In this document: piece by piece, positions 37,406 through 48,516 of the stretch | How positions within the stretch are numbered: the stretch's first letter is position 1 | Layout of the letters: each line of letters opens with the position of its first letter | Assembly (NCBI GenBank): GCA_002083485.1 | Contig: LWDK01000030.1 | Coordinates: 294,091-358,090, forward strand | Reading direction: 5' to 3' | DNA: 64,000 bases | Source: Proteobacteria bacterium SG_bin7 | GTDB lineage: Bacteria; Bdellovibrionota; Bdellovibrionia; Bdellovibrionales; SG-bin7 | The notes under the pieces: generated by a model | Told to the model about the DNA's origin: nothing | Seen by the model: only the letters and a program-made list of their open reading frames with translations | The model's database searches: none | Translations under genes and position numbers: made by a program

Positions 37406-39901
37406 TTAATGGCGCTGTTGCTCATGCCCTGTATAACGCGCTCGCAACCCGATTTCGGTTCCTGCCTTAACTTTGAAAAGTTCCTTTGGATTTTTAATAT
37501 CAAGAGCGTTCACCAATACCTGGTCAACATGGTCCACAAGGACAACTTTTAAATCTTTCAATACTTCTTTTGGAATATCTTTTAGATCTTTTTCATTTTC
37601 CTTGGGAATAATCACCGTATTAATACCACCTCGATGAGCTGCAAGAATTTTTTCTTTCAAACCACCAATGGCAAGCACTCTCCCTCGCAGGGTCACCTCA
37701 CCCGTCATTGCTACATTTCGACGAACCGCAATTTTTGTAATCGCTGATACAATGGAAGTCGTAAGCGCTATGCCCGCAGATGGCCCGTCTTTAGGAATTG
37801 CGCCTTCAGGAATGTGAATATGGACGTCGTGACTCGCAAAATATTCTGAACTATAGCCAAACAATGGCCCTCGCGATCGCACATAGCTCATTGCCGCCGA
37901 ACAAGATTCCTTCATAACCTCACCCAGCTGTCCAGTGACGATAAATTTACCTTTTCCAGGGACAATACTTACCTCAACGACCAGCAGGTCGCCTCCCACT
38001 TCGGTCCAAGCAAGACCATTGGTAAGTCCGATTTCATTATCCATTTCAACTTTTCCAAACTTATATTTTTGCGGACCAAGGTATTCCTCAACCTGTTTCG
38101 GCATAATGGCTATGTTTTTGCCTTTTTTTGTAAGTTTAATTTTTGTGGACTTACCCTTACCCTTGCCACCCTTCATCATTTCCTCTTTCACTAGGTCTTT
38201 CGCTAATTTTCGGCAAACCGTCGCAATAGTACGCTCTAAATTACGAACGCCCGCTTCGCGCGTATAGTATCGAGTAATGTGCTTTAGGCTCTGGTCGCTG
38301 AAAGTAATTTTTCTTCCCTCAAGACCATGGGCTTTCAATTGTTTTGGCACCAAGTACTTTTTTGCAATATGGAATTTTTCGTTTTCGATATAACCCTCAA
38401 GATGAATAACCTCCATACGATCAAGAAGTGGCCGCGGAATCGTGTGATATGAGTTCGCAGTCGTAAAGAAGAGCACTCTTGAGAGATCATACTCGACCTC
38501 TAAATAGTGATCTTGGAAATTACAATTCTGCTCAGGATCAAGCACCTCAAGTAGGGCCGAACTTGGATCGCCTTTAAAATCATTACTCATCTTGTCGATC
38601 TCATCGAGAAGGAGAACGGGATTATTATGTTGTACCTTGCGCATAGCCTGAATAATTTTTCCTGGCATTGCACCTACGTAGGTTTTTCTATGCCCGCGAA
38701 TTTCAGCTTCGTCACGAACCCCTCCCAAAGAAATTCTCGTAAATTCCCTATTTAGAGCTCTGGCGACTGACTTCGCTAAACTTGTTTTACCAACACCTGG
38801 AGGACCCACCAGGCAAAGAATCGGGCCTTTCATTTCAGGAGACAACGCTTGTACAGCAAGGTGCTCAAGAATTCTCTCTTTCACCTTTTCCAAACCGTAG
38901 TGATCTTCTTCGAGAACTTCCTCAGCGAAATCTAAATCATTTTTGACTTTCGAAAACTCATTCCAAGGCAGAGCCAACAACCAATCAATGTAGTTTCGAA
39001 CGACCGCAGCCTCCGCAGACATTGGCGACATCATTTTGAGTTTTTTAATTTCTTTTTTACATTTGTTCTTGGCCTCAGCTGTCATCTTTTTCTTTTCACA
39101 CTGCAGCTCAAGCTCCTGAAGTTCGGCAGCGTAGTCATCTTGCTCACCTAACTCTTTTTGGATCGCCTGCATCTGTTCGTTTAAATAATACTCTTTTTGC
39201 GAACGTTCCATTTGACGTTTTACACGGCTGCGGATTTTTTTCTCAACTTCAAGAATCTCGATTTCACCCGTCATCAAGTTTAACAATTCCTCGAGACGCT
39301 GAGTGGAATCTATGATCTCTAAAATTTTTTGTTTATCCTCAAGCTTTAAGTTAAGTTGCGCTACAATTGTATCTGCGAGCTCGCTTGTAGATTCAATGGA
39401 AGTTACACGCATTAGGACTTCAGGTGGAATTCTTTTATTAAGCTTTACATAAGTTTCGAAAGTCGCTTTTACGGATCTAATCAACGCCGCACTTTCAACA
39501 GAATTTTCAGGACTCGGATGGAGAATTTCGCAGTTAACTATAAAAATAGTATCAGTTTGTACAAATTCCGTAATTCTGGCTCTTTTTTTGCCTTCTACAA
39601 GAACCTTAACTGTTCCGTCGGGCAATCGCAAAAGCTGGATGATCGTACCGATAGTTCCAATACTATAAATTTCTTTGGGTTCAGGGTTATTTGTTTTGGC
39701 TTCTCGCTGGGCCACCAGCAAGATATCCGTTTGTTCAGCCATCGCCTTTTCAAGAGCATTGATACTCTTTTCGCGACCAACAAACAGCGGCATCATCATA
39801 TGCGGAAAAATAATTAAATCCCGCAATGGTAAAAGCGGCAGTTTTGCAGAATCAGCCTTGTCTAATTTATCGGTTTTTTCTGATTTCTTATTCTCAGCCA
39901 T
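37406..39901 (-). CDS. lon: ATP-dependent Lon protease
   Basis: Walker [10 protein letters not shown], catalytic [10 protein letters not shown] serine and downstream Lys ([14 protein letters not shown]). 831 aa. Confidence 0.95.
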   Translation of the reverse strand: MAENKKSEKTDKLDKADSAKLPLLPLRDLIIFPHMMMPLFVGREKSINALEKAMAEQTDILLVAQREAKTNNPEPKEIYSIGTIGTIIQLLRLPDGTVKVLVEGKKRARITEFVQTDTIFIVNCEILHPSPENSVESAALIRSVKATFETYVKLNKRIPPEVLMRVTSIESTSELADTIVAQLNLKLEDKQKILEIIDSTQRLEELLNLMTGEIEILEVEKKIRSRVKRQMERSQKEYYLNEQMQAIQKELGEQDDYAAELQELELQCEKKKMTAEAKNKCKKEIKKLKMMSPMSAEAAVVRNYIDWLLALPWNEFSKVKNDLDFAEEVLEEDHYGLEKVKERILEHLAVQALSPEMKGPILCLVGPPGVGKTSLAKSVARALNREFTRISLGGVRDEAEIRGHRKTYVGAMPGKIIQAMRKVQHNNPVLLLDEIDKMSNDFKGDPSSALLEVLDPEQNCNFQDHYLEVEYDLSRVLFFTTANSYHTIPRPLLDRMEVIHLEGYIENEKFHIAKKYLVPKQLKAHGLEGRKITFSDQSLKHITRYYTREAGVRNLERTIATVCRKLAKDLVKEEMMKGGKGKGKSTKIKLTKKGKNIAIMPKQVEEYLGPQKYKFGKVEMDNEIGLTNGLAWTEVGGDLLVVEVSIVPGKGKFIVTGQLGEVMKESCSAAMSYVRSRGPLFGYSSEYFASHDVHIHIPEGAIPKDGPSAGIALTTSIVSAITKIAVRRNVAMTGEVTLRGRVLAIGGLKEKILAAHRGGINTVIIPKENEKDLKDIPKEVLKDLKVVLVDHVDQVLVNALDIKNPKELFKVKAGTEIGLRARYTGHEQQRH

Positions 39902-39947
39902 ACCGTCCCCTTCCTTGGCAGGAGCCGAGAATCAAGTCGAAATTCTT

Positions 39948-41240
39948 TTACGCGCTTTCTGCGCTCCCGCTTTCACTTGTTGGTTTAGCGGGTTTCGCTT
40001 CGCCCTCAGCTCTGTACACTAGCTTTGGAGGCTCTTTCTTCAAGATGACCTCTTCATCAATTATACATTCTTTTACGTTGGCCTTGGAAGGAATTTCGTA
40101 CATTACGTCAAGCATGGCATCTTCTATAACGCTCCTAAGTCCACGCGCGCCTGTTTTTCTAGCTAAGGCCTGTTGTGCGACGGCTCTAAGTCCACTTTCG
40201 GTGAATTTCAAATCACAATTTTCGTAACTAAACAATTTCTTATACTGCTTAGTAAGTGCATTTTTGGGACGAACCAAAATGTCTAGAAGTGCGCGCTCAT
40301 CAAGCGGATCCAAAACTGTTACTACGGGCAAACGTCCGATAAATTCTGGAATCAATCCAAATTTCACAAGATCGTCTGGCTCAACTTTGTGCAAAAGATT
40401 TTCTTTTTTCTTTTCAGAGTCGGTTTTAATGTCGGCGGTAATGCCAATTGATTTATTGGCCATACGACCTTCAATAATTTTTTCTAGCCCTACGAAAGCA
40501 CCACCCACAATAAACAGGATGTTAGTCGTGTCGACTTGAACAAACTCCTGCTGTGGATGTTTTCTACCGCCTTTGGGGGGCAGGTTGGCAACTGTGCCTT
40601 CTAGAATTTTTAGCAAAGCCTGCTGAACGCCCTCACCCGATACATCTCGTGTAATTGAAGGGTTTTCGCTTTTACGGGAGATTTTGTCGATCTCATCAAT
40701 GTAAATAACACCTTTTTGCGCACGCTCAATATCATAATCAGCCGCCTGTAGAAGGTAGAGAACAACGTTTTCCACATCTTCACCTACATAACCCGCTTCG
40801 GTAAGTGTCGTTGCGTCGGCCATCGCAAAAGGAACATTTAAAATTTTTGCGATGGTTTGAGCAAGTAAGGTTTTTCCAGAACCTGTAGGGCCAATAAGGA
40901 GAATATTACTTTTCGAAATCTCAATATCATCTTTTGTTTTTAACGAATTAATGCGCTTGTAGTGATTGTGAACAGAAACTGAAAGTGCTTTTTTTGCCCT
41001 ATCCTGATCAATAACATATTCATCAAGATAGTTTTTAATCTCTGACGGCTTCGGAACTCGCAAGCTCCCTTTTACCGTCTCCTCACGCTCACGCTCCTCA
41101 GAAATAATGTCATTACAAAGGTCGATGCATTCATCGCAAATGTAAACGCTCGGGCCGGCGATAAGTTTTTTAACTTCTTTTTGGCTCTTGCCGCAGAAAC
41201 TGCAAGTCAATGTCCCGTAACCACTATTTTTGCTCATCAA
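39948..41240 (-). CDS. clpX: ATP-dependent Clp protease ATP-binding subunit ClpX
   Basis: N-terminal zinc-binding CSFCGKS...CDEC, Walker A GPTGSGKT, 430 aa. Confidence 0.95.
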   Translation of the reverse strand: MMSKNSGYGTLTCSFCGKSQKEVKKLIAGPSVYICDECIDLCNDIISEEREREETVKGSLRVPKPSEIKNYLDEYVIDQDRAKKALSVSVHNHYKRINSLKTKDDIEISKSNILLIGPTGSGKTLLAQTIAKILNVPFAMADATTLTEAGYVGEDVENVVLYLLQAADYDIERAQKGVIYIDEIDKISRKSENPSITRDVSGEGVQQALLKILEGTVANLPPKGGRKHPQQEFVQVDTTNILFIVGGAFVGLEKIIEGRMANKSIGITADIKTDSEKKKENLLHKVEPDDLVKFGLIPEFIGRLPVVTVLDPLDERALLDILVRPKNALTKQYKKLFSYENCDLKFTESGLRAVAQQALARKTGARGLRSVIEDAMLDVMYEIPSKANVKECIIDEEVILKKEPPKLVYRAEGEAKPAKPTSESGSAESA

Positions 41241-41262
41241 ACCCCTCGTTGCCTTAAAAGCG

Positions 41263-41865
41263 TTATTTAGAAATTTTCCTAAACTCTACAATTTTATCCA
41301 CGATGCCAAAATCTAAAGCCTCTTTTGGGGTCATGTAATTATCACGATCCATGGCTTTATTTAAAACATCGATCTTTTGACCCGTATGACGGTGATAAAT
41401 CTCTGTCAATTTATCTTTGGTTTTTATCATTTCTTTCGCTTGAATTTCGATGTCAGTTGCCTGCCCTGAAATTCCTCCCCCTGAGATCAAAGGCTGATGG
41501 ATCATCACTTTACTATGAGGCATCACATACCTTTTGTTTTTGGCTCCACCCGCGAGCAGAAGGGAACCCATACTCGCGGCCATGCCGATACATACAGTAG
41601 AAACATCACATTTCACAAACTGCATCATGTCGTAAATTCCCAAGCCAGCTGTCACGCTGCCACCTGGAGAGTTTATGTAAAGGTGAATATCTTTTTCAGG
41701 GTTTTCTGATTCCAAGAACAACATCTGAGCAATAATGAGATTAGCGACATCGTCGGTGACAGGAGTTCCTAAAATGATGATTCGGTCTTTAAGTAAACGC
41801 GAGTAGATATCATAGCTTCTCTCCCCTCGCGAGGTTTGTTCAACAACTATAGGTACTAGTGGCAC
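41263..41865 (-). CDS. clpP: ATP-dependent Clp protease proteolytic subunit
   Basis: [22 protein letters not shown] (Ser) and MIHQP (His). GTG start preceded by AGAGGTG. Confidence 0.93.
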   Translation of the reverse strand: MPLVPIVVEQTSRGERSYDIYSRLLKDRIIILGTPVTDDVANLIIAQMLFLESENPEKDIHLYINSPGGSVTAGLGIYDMMQFVKCDVSTVCIGMAASMGSLLLAGGAKNKRYVMPHSKVMIHQPLISGGGISGQATDIEIQAKEMIKTKDKLTEIYHRHTGQKIDVLNKAMDRDNYMTPKEALDFGIVDKIVEFRKISK

Positions 41866-42096
41866 GGTTCACCTCTTTCTGATCCTACAACGTGAGCTTG
41901 AAGGAGTCCCTGACAAGCTCTATTCGGTAGAAATCTCGTCGTATTAAATACCCAATTTTGTTTAAAAAAACTTTACCTAGCGCTCTGTTCTATGATAAAT
42001 TTCGCGAACTTACGTTACATTGACCGAACTTTTGCCTTGCGTTGACCAAAAGAAGACACAAGAAATTTGGTCTAGCAAAATTAGGAGCGCATCAAA

Positions 42097-43638
42097 ATGA
42101 AGATTCTTTTTCATACCTCACCCAAAGAAAATGAAGCCCAGACCTTAGTCGTGTTTACTTACAAAATTGGCGGGACAAAAGCTGCAAAAGAGAAAACTGA
42201 TAAATCAGAGAAGGAAAAAAATTCAAAGCCTGTTTTCGCAAAAGTGGCTGAAGATGTAAAAGCACTGGCACTGTCAAATGCGGACGTCTCTGGGACCTAC
42301 CGAGAAACAGTTTATTTTAGAAGTGCTAGGCTCCATGGATTCCAGGATATTTTATTTGTTGGCTTGGGAGATAAAAATAAAGTTGAGAAAGAGTGTCTAC
42401 GTCAAACGGCGGCTGAGATCGTTCGCTCTTTGATATCTCATAAATCAAAAACAGCAGCTATCAGCTTAAGTAGTTTAGTGTTCAAAGGCAAAAAAGATGA
42501 AGCCGCTAGAGCTTTGACAGAAGGATTTGTTCTCTCGAGTTATTCTTTCGATCTTTTTAAGAGCGAAAAAAACAAATCAGGGCCTAAAAAGCCGGAAACC
42601 CTTCTTCTGATTGGAGAAAAAACCTCGGATAAAAAAATTGTTGAGACCGGAATTCACAATGGAGAAATGATCGGAACCGCAATTAATTTTGCGAGAGTTC
42701 TTGGCGATACTCCCGGCAACAACATGACACCAACAATTTTAGCCGACACCACAAAAGATGAACTTTCAAAACACAAAGTGAAAATAACTATCTGGGATAA
42801 GGCAAAAATTAAGAAAGAAAATATGGGAGGACTTTATGGTGTATCGCTTGGTAGCTCCGAGGAGCCTCGCTTTATCATTATGGAATACAATGGCGGCGGA
42901 AAAGCTAAAAAACCAATCGCTCTTGTTGGAAAAGGTTTAACTTTTGACTCCGGCGGTATCAGTTTAAAGCCATCAGCTGCAATGGAAGAAATGAAATACG
43001 ACATGTGCGGCGGCGCCAATGTCATTGGAACAATGTTAGCGGCGGCAAAACTAAAATTAAAAGTAAATCTTCTTGGTTTAGTTCCAGCGTCAGAAAATAT
43101 GCCAGGCGGAAATGCGAATAAACCTGGTGACATCTTTAAAGCCCGAAATGGGGTTTCTGTCGAAGTGAATAATACAGATGCAGAAGGCCGATTAATTCTT
43201 GCTGATGCACTCGTTTATGCCTGCGAACAAAAGCCAACTGCCATTTTTGATATGGCAACCCTTACAGGAGCTATGTCGGTTGCACTGGGAAATTTACATA
43301 CGGGCTTTTACACACGCGATAAATCGTTAGTTAAAAAAGTTAATGAGGCGGCTGAAGCTTCGGGTGAACGCGTGTGGAACATGCCACTCCTTGACGAACA
43401 TCTTTCTGATATGAAAGGCACCTACGCAGATCTTTCGAATATTTCTTCTGGAAAGGGTGCTGGATCGGCAACTGCGGCGGCTTTCTTAGGAGAGTTTGTC
43501 GACAAGGATATTCCGTGGGCACATTTTGATATTGCAGGAACCGCATATCACACAGGCGACCGCCTTCCTTACAATCCCAAAAAAGGCGCGAGCGGCTGTA
43601 TGATCAGAACAATGTTGGAGTTGGTACAACTTCTCTAG
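42097..43638 (+). CDS. pepA: leucyl aminopeptidase (M17)
   Basis: VGKGLTFDSGG and NTDAEGRLILAD signature motifs. 513 aa. Confidence 0.9.
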   Translation: MKILFHTSPKENEAQTLVVFTYKIGGTKAAKEKTDKSEKEKNSKPVFAKVAEDVKALALSNADVSGTYRETVYFRSARLHGFQDILFVGLGDKNKVEKECLRQTAAEIVRSLISHKSKTAAISLSSLVFKGKKDEAARALTEGFVLSSYSFDLFKSEKNKSGPKKPETLLLIGEKTSDKKIVETGIHNGEMIGTAINFARVLGDTPGNNMTPTILADTTKDELSKHKVKITIWDKAKIKKENMGGLYGVSLGSSEEPRFIIMEYNGGGKAKKPIALVGKGLTFDSGGISLKPSAAMEEMKYDMCGGANVIGTMLAAAKLKLKVNLLGLVPASENMPGGNANKPGDIFKARNGVSVEVNNTDAEGRLILADALVYACEQKPTAIFDMATLTGAMSVALGNLHTGFYTRDKSLVKKVNEAAEASGERVWNMPLLDEHLSDMKGTYADLSNISSGKGAGSATAAAFLGEFVDKDIPWAHFDIAGTAYHTGDRLPYNPKKGASGCMIRTMLELVQLL

Positions 43639-44279
43639 AAATTAAAATTATAAATCGGTCCTTTGCCACTCGAAATATGGTCGGACCGGATTTCACGATC
43701 AGAAAAATCAGGATTGCTTAAACGAATCGAGTGAAGATACCAACTCCTTGGCCACTCTTCGCCAATGTTGCGCATGCTAACATTTGAGTAGTCATTAAAA
43801 CTGAAGTCTGCATCGCCAACTCGTTCGCTGATTATCTGTTGAAACGGAATTCGCAGCGGTTGCATACGATTAACGTTGCTTCCAACAACACAATTGTCTA
43901 CCACCGTCATCTCTGGCAACTGTCCATTTGACGCCATGCCATCGGCATAAAAAGTTAAAACAACTTGGGTATAATACCCACAAGCGAACTCGGGTTCTCC
44001 TTCTGGACCGCGCACGACGAAGTGACCAATTTCAACTTCCACCATAGGCCCTTTGACGGCAATCTTTACATCTTCAAACATTCGGTCACGTGATTTTTCT
44101 GCCAAAATGTCGCCAGAAAATTCAGAAAAATCATAGCGGTCACTGATTCCTGCCGGATTTCTCTTTTCAAAAAGCTGCAAACGCACCGTCGCCGGAGTTG
44201 TACCCAAGTACCACCCAACCGTAAAGGTGATGAAGAGTAAAATAAAAATAGGCACAATACTTTTCAGTGTCAAATACAC
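43635..44279 (-). CDS. hypothetical membrane-anchored protein
   Basis: 214 aa with an N-terminal TM helix (IVPIFILLFITFTVGWYL). No motif. Confidence 0.45.
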   Translation of the reverse strand: MYLTLKSIVPIFILLFITFTVGWYLGTTPATVRLQLFEKRNPAGISDRYDFSEFSGDILAEKSRDRMFEDVKIAVKGPMVEVEIGHFVVRGPEGEPEFACGYYTQVVLTFYADGMASNGQLPEMTVVDNCVVGSNVNRMQPLRIPFQQIISERVGDADFSFNDYSNVSMRNIGEEWPRSWYLHSIRLSNPDFSDREIRSDHISSGKGPIYNFNF

Positions 44280-44351
44280 CTCTCCTGCAAACTTTTCATC
44301 GTCTTATTTTTTTACAAACTATAGATCGAGGTTGGTAAATCTGGACTTAAG

Positions 44352-45584
44352 TTATTTTTTTGTAGCTAAATAACTTTTGTACTCTCGACCAATGGCCAAC
44401 AAACCCAATCGCGCCACCCACCCATAGACGTTTTCAAGCAAACGTCCGTGGATATTTATCTCTAAGTCAGACACGCAAAGTTTTTTGTAAACTGCTCCTG
44501 GAGAATTTAAATTTTCCTGCGGGCCTTTTTCTTTATGAACTCTAAGGAAACCACCCGCTAACTGGCAGCCAATCAGATAAATCGCGGGCTCAGCGGTCAT
44601 ACCGTCAGAAAGAACGGCTGTCGATATTCCCTCTTGAATAATAACCTCACTAACGTCACGTCCACCCTTAGCAGCTTTCATTTTTTTTCGCGCCTTATAA
44701 TTTAGTTCTCTAATTTCTTCACCAGAGCCAACTTGTATAATTCCTAAGCCATAGGTTCCCGCATTGTTCTTAACGAACACAAATGGTTTCTCACTAATAC
44801 CACGCTCTTTATATCGCTGTCTGACTCGTTTTATCATATCCTCAACTTTATTTGCCAATTCATCGGTGCGGCCCTCATCTGACAAATCAAAGTTTTCAAA
44901 AACCTCGGTATCGATCTGCAACATCCACGGGTCAACACTAATAAGTTTTGCGAACTCTTCGGCGACAGCATTATATTCTTTAAAAAATTCGCTTTTCTTT
45001 CGGCGATACCAACCCATTTCGCGTGGAGGGTTTATCGTTGTTGATAAACCCTTACTCCACTCCGCATATTCATTCGCAAAATCGTTGTTACTAATGATCA
45101 AATCTGGAGAAAATCCATCAGCGCTAACGACACTACCGTCACGCTTTGCCGAATAAACGGTAATTTTCTTTCCTCCCGCTGATTCTAGGTTTAATGGAGA
45201 ATCTACTTCCTTCGGAAAGGCCACACGCACGGCCCGTCCGGCACCTTCAACAATTTTTACCAGCGTAGCAACATTCTCCCAATAATAGGCATTGTTAGTA
45301 TGCTCTTCGGTAAGCAACAGTACTTTTTTCGCGTTTTTTCCGTAGTTTTTATCGAGATAAGCCCTCGCTAAATCATCCGCATGCTCGCAATCAGCCTCGC
45401 AAATATTATTAAATCCGGCAGGAAAAATATTTGCATCGACCGTGGCCACTTTACTTCCTGAATCCCGAATATCAAAACTAGAGTAAAATGGTACAATCAG
45501 GCCATCTTCTTTATTACAAATCCAGTCACAAAGAACTTTGTGGCGCTTGACTATCACTTCATGAAGATGATTTTTAATTTCCAC
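44352..45584 (-). CDS. gshA: glutamate-cysteine ligase, rare Acidithiobacillus-ferrooxidans-type family (TIGR02049-like)
   Basis: The N-terminal PFYSSFDIRDSGSKVATVDANIFPAGFNNI matches my recollection of this family's signature. 410 aa. Last gene of a tightly overlapping operon. Confidence 0.5.
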   Translation of the reverse strand: MEIKNHLHEVIVKRHKVLCDWICNKEDGLIVPFYSSFDIRDSGSKVATVDANIFPAGFNNICEADCEHADDLARAYLDKNYGKNAKKVLLLTEEHTNNAYYWENVATLVKIVEGAGRAVRVAFPKEVDSPLNLESAGGKKITVYSAKRDGSVVSADGFSPDLIISNNDFANEYAEWSKGLSTTINPPREMGWYRRKKSEFFKEYNAVAEEFAKLISVDPWMLQIDTEVFENFDLSDEGRTDELANKVEDMIKRVRQRYKERGISEKPFVFVKNNAGTYGLGIIQVGSGEEIRELNYKARKKMKAAKGGRDVSEVIIQEGISTAVLSDGMTAEPAIYLIGCQLAGGFLRVHKEKGPQENLNSPGAVYKKLCVSDLEINIHGRLLENVYGWVARLGLLAIGREYKSYLATKK

Positions 45585-46329
45585 TCGTTACAACCTCAGG
45601 TTTTCTAATATCTCCCACCAATAAAGTTATTCCCACCAATGATGCTGGAAAAATAAAAAAGTTTAAACCGGGAACTAACAAAATTATTCCTATGGAAGAC
45701 GCCAATCCTATAAACGAAAAAATATTTGTGGCAAAAAAAGAAAGACGCTGTCCAAATGAAAAACCCAAACTCTCAAAGCTATAATCGGCGCAATCAAAAG
45801 CTAGCATTAACAAAATACCCATGTGGCAAAATATGGTTATGGGCGGCCAAAAGGAAAGGAAGAAAAGTATAGTCCCTATAAAAAGAAATACTGTTGCTTT
45901 TATAAAAGTCACCTTTAACATGCGTAAGCTTAAGGACATCCAAGAGCTAAACTTGAATGGACGGTCCGTCATCCCACCACAACTTACTAAAGTTCTTTCT
46001 GCCAGAAGAGAACTAAACGGGCTAGCAAAAAGCTGCCCTGAAAAATAGCCAGCGATAGTTACAAAAACTATTAATGTAATCCAGGCTAAAACCACTAATG
46101 CCGAATGAAGGATCCAAAAAAGCCAGCCGCCGTCGGCGGCAAACCCATATTTGGTCACGAGATCGCTAATAAAGTAACTGTTGTTAATAATAAACGTAAG
46201 GCCAAATACAACTACTAAAATATTTGCCAAAAAGGGAACTGCAGCCAATCCCAAAAGTTTAGGGTGATTCTTAAGATAACGAAGGCCAACTAGAGGTGAA
46301 ATAAATCCATTCCACAAACTTACAAACAT
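45574..46329 (-). CDS. EI24/CysZ-like integral membrane protein
   Basis: 251 aa with about 6 TM segments. The N-terminal GFISPLVGLRYLKNHPKLLGLAAVPFLANIL resembles the EI24/CysZ (PF07264-type) start. Confidence 0.45.
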   Translation of the reverse strand: MFVSLWNGFISPLVGLRYLKNHPKLLGLAAVPFLANILVVVFGLTFIINNSYFISDLVTKYGFAADGGWLFWILHSALVVLAWITLIVFVTIAGYFSGQLFASPFSSLLAERTLVSCGGMTDRPFKFSSWMSLSLRMLKVTFIKATVFLFIGTILFFLSFWPPITIFCHMGILLMLAFDCADYSFESLGFSFGQRLSFFATNIFSFIGLASSIGIILLVPGLNFFIFPASLVGITLLVGDIRKPEVVTSGN

Positions 46330-47450
46330 TATTTTTTACCTCTGCTGATTTCTTCTAGCATCGGATCAGGATTTACAACTCGCATCTTAAGTTGTTTCTG
46401 TTTTCGTTTTGCGGCCTCCGGAGTTAATCCCGCACCTATTGGCTTTTCATCAAGAATCCTTGCCAATTCAATTTCCTTTGAATTGATAAAACTTGATACC
46501 TCTTCCATTTCCGATGGCGGTGGAGTTTTTAGCGAATAACTTTCCAATTTCAATTTTTTTAACAATTCAAGCGTACTCGCGGCCATTTTCCAGCGGGCTT
46601 CCTGCTCTATTTTTTCTTCATTTTCGTTTGTTGCTAAATTTGTTTTTTGAATCAATTCCAAAATTCCCGTATAGATTGCTTTGAGCTCCTCGACCGCCCG
46701 AGGAGACCACTTCGGATCTCCAATGAGTGCTGCTTCCAACAAAAAACTCTGAGATTTTTCCAGGGGCCGAAGTGAAGTTTCAAAATCATCTCTTCTAAAT
46801 GTTCCCACACTCATCGTTCCCATGAAAAATAATGTTTTTGGTAGCCAGCGCTCGAGGCTTACTCCCGCATTTTTCGCTTTCAGTGAACGAATTCCTGAAT
46901 CGGCAATTCCAAAATATTTATCGGCCAGTTTTTTATTTCCCAACCGGGCGTAAGCCGACGCAATTCGTGCCGGCACTTCTGCTGTTATCACTTCGACTTC
47001 TAGATCTTTTTTCCGGCTCAAGACATCTAATAAACTCGCGACCAGTTTGTCGTCCTGACCAGTGGACTCATAACAAAACGAGAGCCTATAAAGAGATCGT
47101 GCCGCAATATCTCTCGAACTTGCAGAGGTTCTGACAATCTTTCTGTAGGACTCTATCGCTTCTTCAAACTTTCCTAAACCTTCAAGTGCACGCGAGCGCA
47201 AAAACTCCACATTTTGGGTTTGCGGCACCAGGGGATAATCCTTCAAATATGTTTCACTCATATCGAAGGCCTCTTGATATTTTTCTTGGTCAATTTTTTC
47301 TTGGATATCAGACGAAAGAATATTGGTTTTTTTAATCTCAGACCGAACGTACTCAATTTTTTTTTCGCGACCGAGACAACCCATAGATGAAAAATAAAAC
47401 CAGAGGATACAAAACGAGAATAAATATAGATTTTTATTTAAACGCCACAT
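46329..47450 (-). CDS. TPR-like repeat lipoprotein
   Basis: Lipobox FSSMGC. Helical repeat body (YQEAFDMSETYLK..., FEEAIESYRKIV...). Confidence 0.5.
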   Translation of the reverse strand: MWRLNKNLYLFSFCILWFYFSSMGCLGREKKIEYVRSEIKKTNILSSDIQEKIDQEKYQEAFDMSETYLKDYPLVPQTQNVEFLRSRALEGLGKFEEAIESYRKIVRTSASSRDIAARSLYRLSFCYESTGQDDKLVASLLDVLSRKKDLEVEVITAEVPARIASAYARLGNKKLADKYFGIADSGIRSLKAKNAGVSLERWLPKTLFFMGTMSVGTFRRDDFETSLRPLEKSQSFLLEAALIGDPKWSPRAVEELKAIYTGILELIQKTNLATNENEEKIEQEARWKMAASTLELLKKLKLESYSLKTPPPSEMEEVSSFINSKEIELARILDEKPIGAGLTPEAAKRKQKQLKMRVVNPDPMLEEISRGKK

Positions 47451-48516
47451 TACTCAACCTTTCAAGATCTCTGATATTGCCGACATCTTGGTTAAAATCA
47501 GGAATCTGTAAAAACGCCGTACCCTCGCTTAAATTGGCTTTCAATTCCTCAAAGACATTCAGTCGTTCTTCATAAAATTTTAGATACTTTTCATAGTATT
47601 GCAAAAGGCGCGCAACAATATCCGTGTTTTCAGGACCACTTTTTTGTGCGATTTGGCTCTCCTCGTTTCTGAGTCCCAACGGAAAAGCCCTATTTATAAT
47701 CACGGCCGACAAATGGTGCCCGCCTTTTTTTAATTCTTTTGCAAAAGAAACCCCTTCTCGCAATTTATTCTCATCAAATGACGATACCATGACAAACCCA
47801 GTACTTTCGCTGACTAGTAATTTATGAACCTCTATCGTTCTATCTTGAACCTTCTGCTGCCAAGCCTCAATTCCCGTAAAGAACTCCACGAGCTCATCAA
47901 TAAAATTTGAACCCGTAATTTTTCTAAACACATTCAAAATCTGCTGAGTTGCCGAAAACCTGCTAAAAAAAGACTTTGATTCGTTGTGCGTGCGGATAAA
48001 CCACTCGGTTACCGATTTTTGAAACATGGAATTGATTTTTTGCGGAGACCGCAAGAAGTCTATCGCGTGTTTGGCCGGCGGCGTATCTAGAATGACTAAA
48101 TCATATTTTTTTGAATCGACGCTTGAATACAGTCTCTCCAAGGCCGTAAACTCTTGGGACGCACTCAACTTTGTCGACAGCTGAATATAAAGTCTATTCT
48201 TCATGAACTTTTCTGCCAGCTCTTGGTTTTGAACCGCCTCCCTCACAAAATTATCAAAAACAAGTTTGCTATTTAAAACTGCGGCGTATAATTCTCCCTC
48301 CACTTTTTGATCTGGAACCAGAACATCACCACCACCTGAGCGAGAAATCCCCAAAGATGTCCCCAACCGCTTCGAAGGATCAATTGTAAGAACTAGAACT
48401 TTTTTTCCAATCTGCGCGGCCTTTAGTCCCAATGCCGCCGCGAGTGTAGTTTTACCGACACCCCCACTCCCCGCACAAACTAAGACTTTGTGAGAATTAA
48501 TTATCTCTTCAATCAT
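47434..48516 (-). CDS. ArsA/Get3-family ATPase (TIDPxKRL / DTPPxxH type)
   Basis: Deviant Walker A CAGSGGVGKTT, LTIDPSKRLG and ILDTPPAKHAIDFL. The Met at 48516 is preferred; the ORF track start is at 48555. Confidence 0.7.
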   Translation of the reverse strand: MIEEIINSHKVLVCAGSGGVGKTTLAAALGLKAAQIGKKVLVLTIDPSKRLGTSLGISRSGGGDVLVPDQKVEGELYAAVLNSKLVFDNFVREAVQNQELAEKFMKNRLYIQLSTKLSASQEFTALERLYSSVDSKKYDLVILDTPPAKHAIDFLRSPQKINSMFQKSVTEWFIRTHNESKSFFSRFSATQQILNVFRKITGSNFIDELVEFFTGIEAWQQKVQDRTIEVHKLLVSESTGFVMVSSFDENKLREGVSFAKELKKGGHHLSAVIINRAFPLGLRNEESQIAQKSGPENTDIVARLLQYYEKYLKFYEERLNVFEELKANLSEGTAFLQIPDFNQDVGNIRDLERLSNVAFK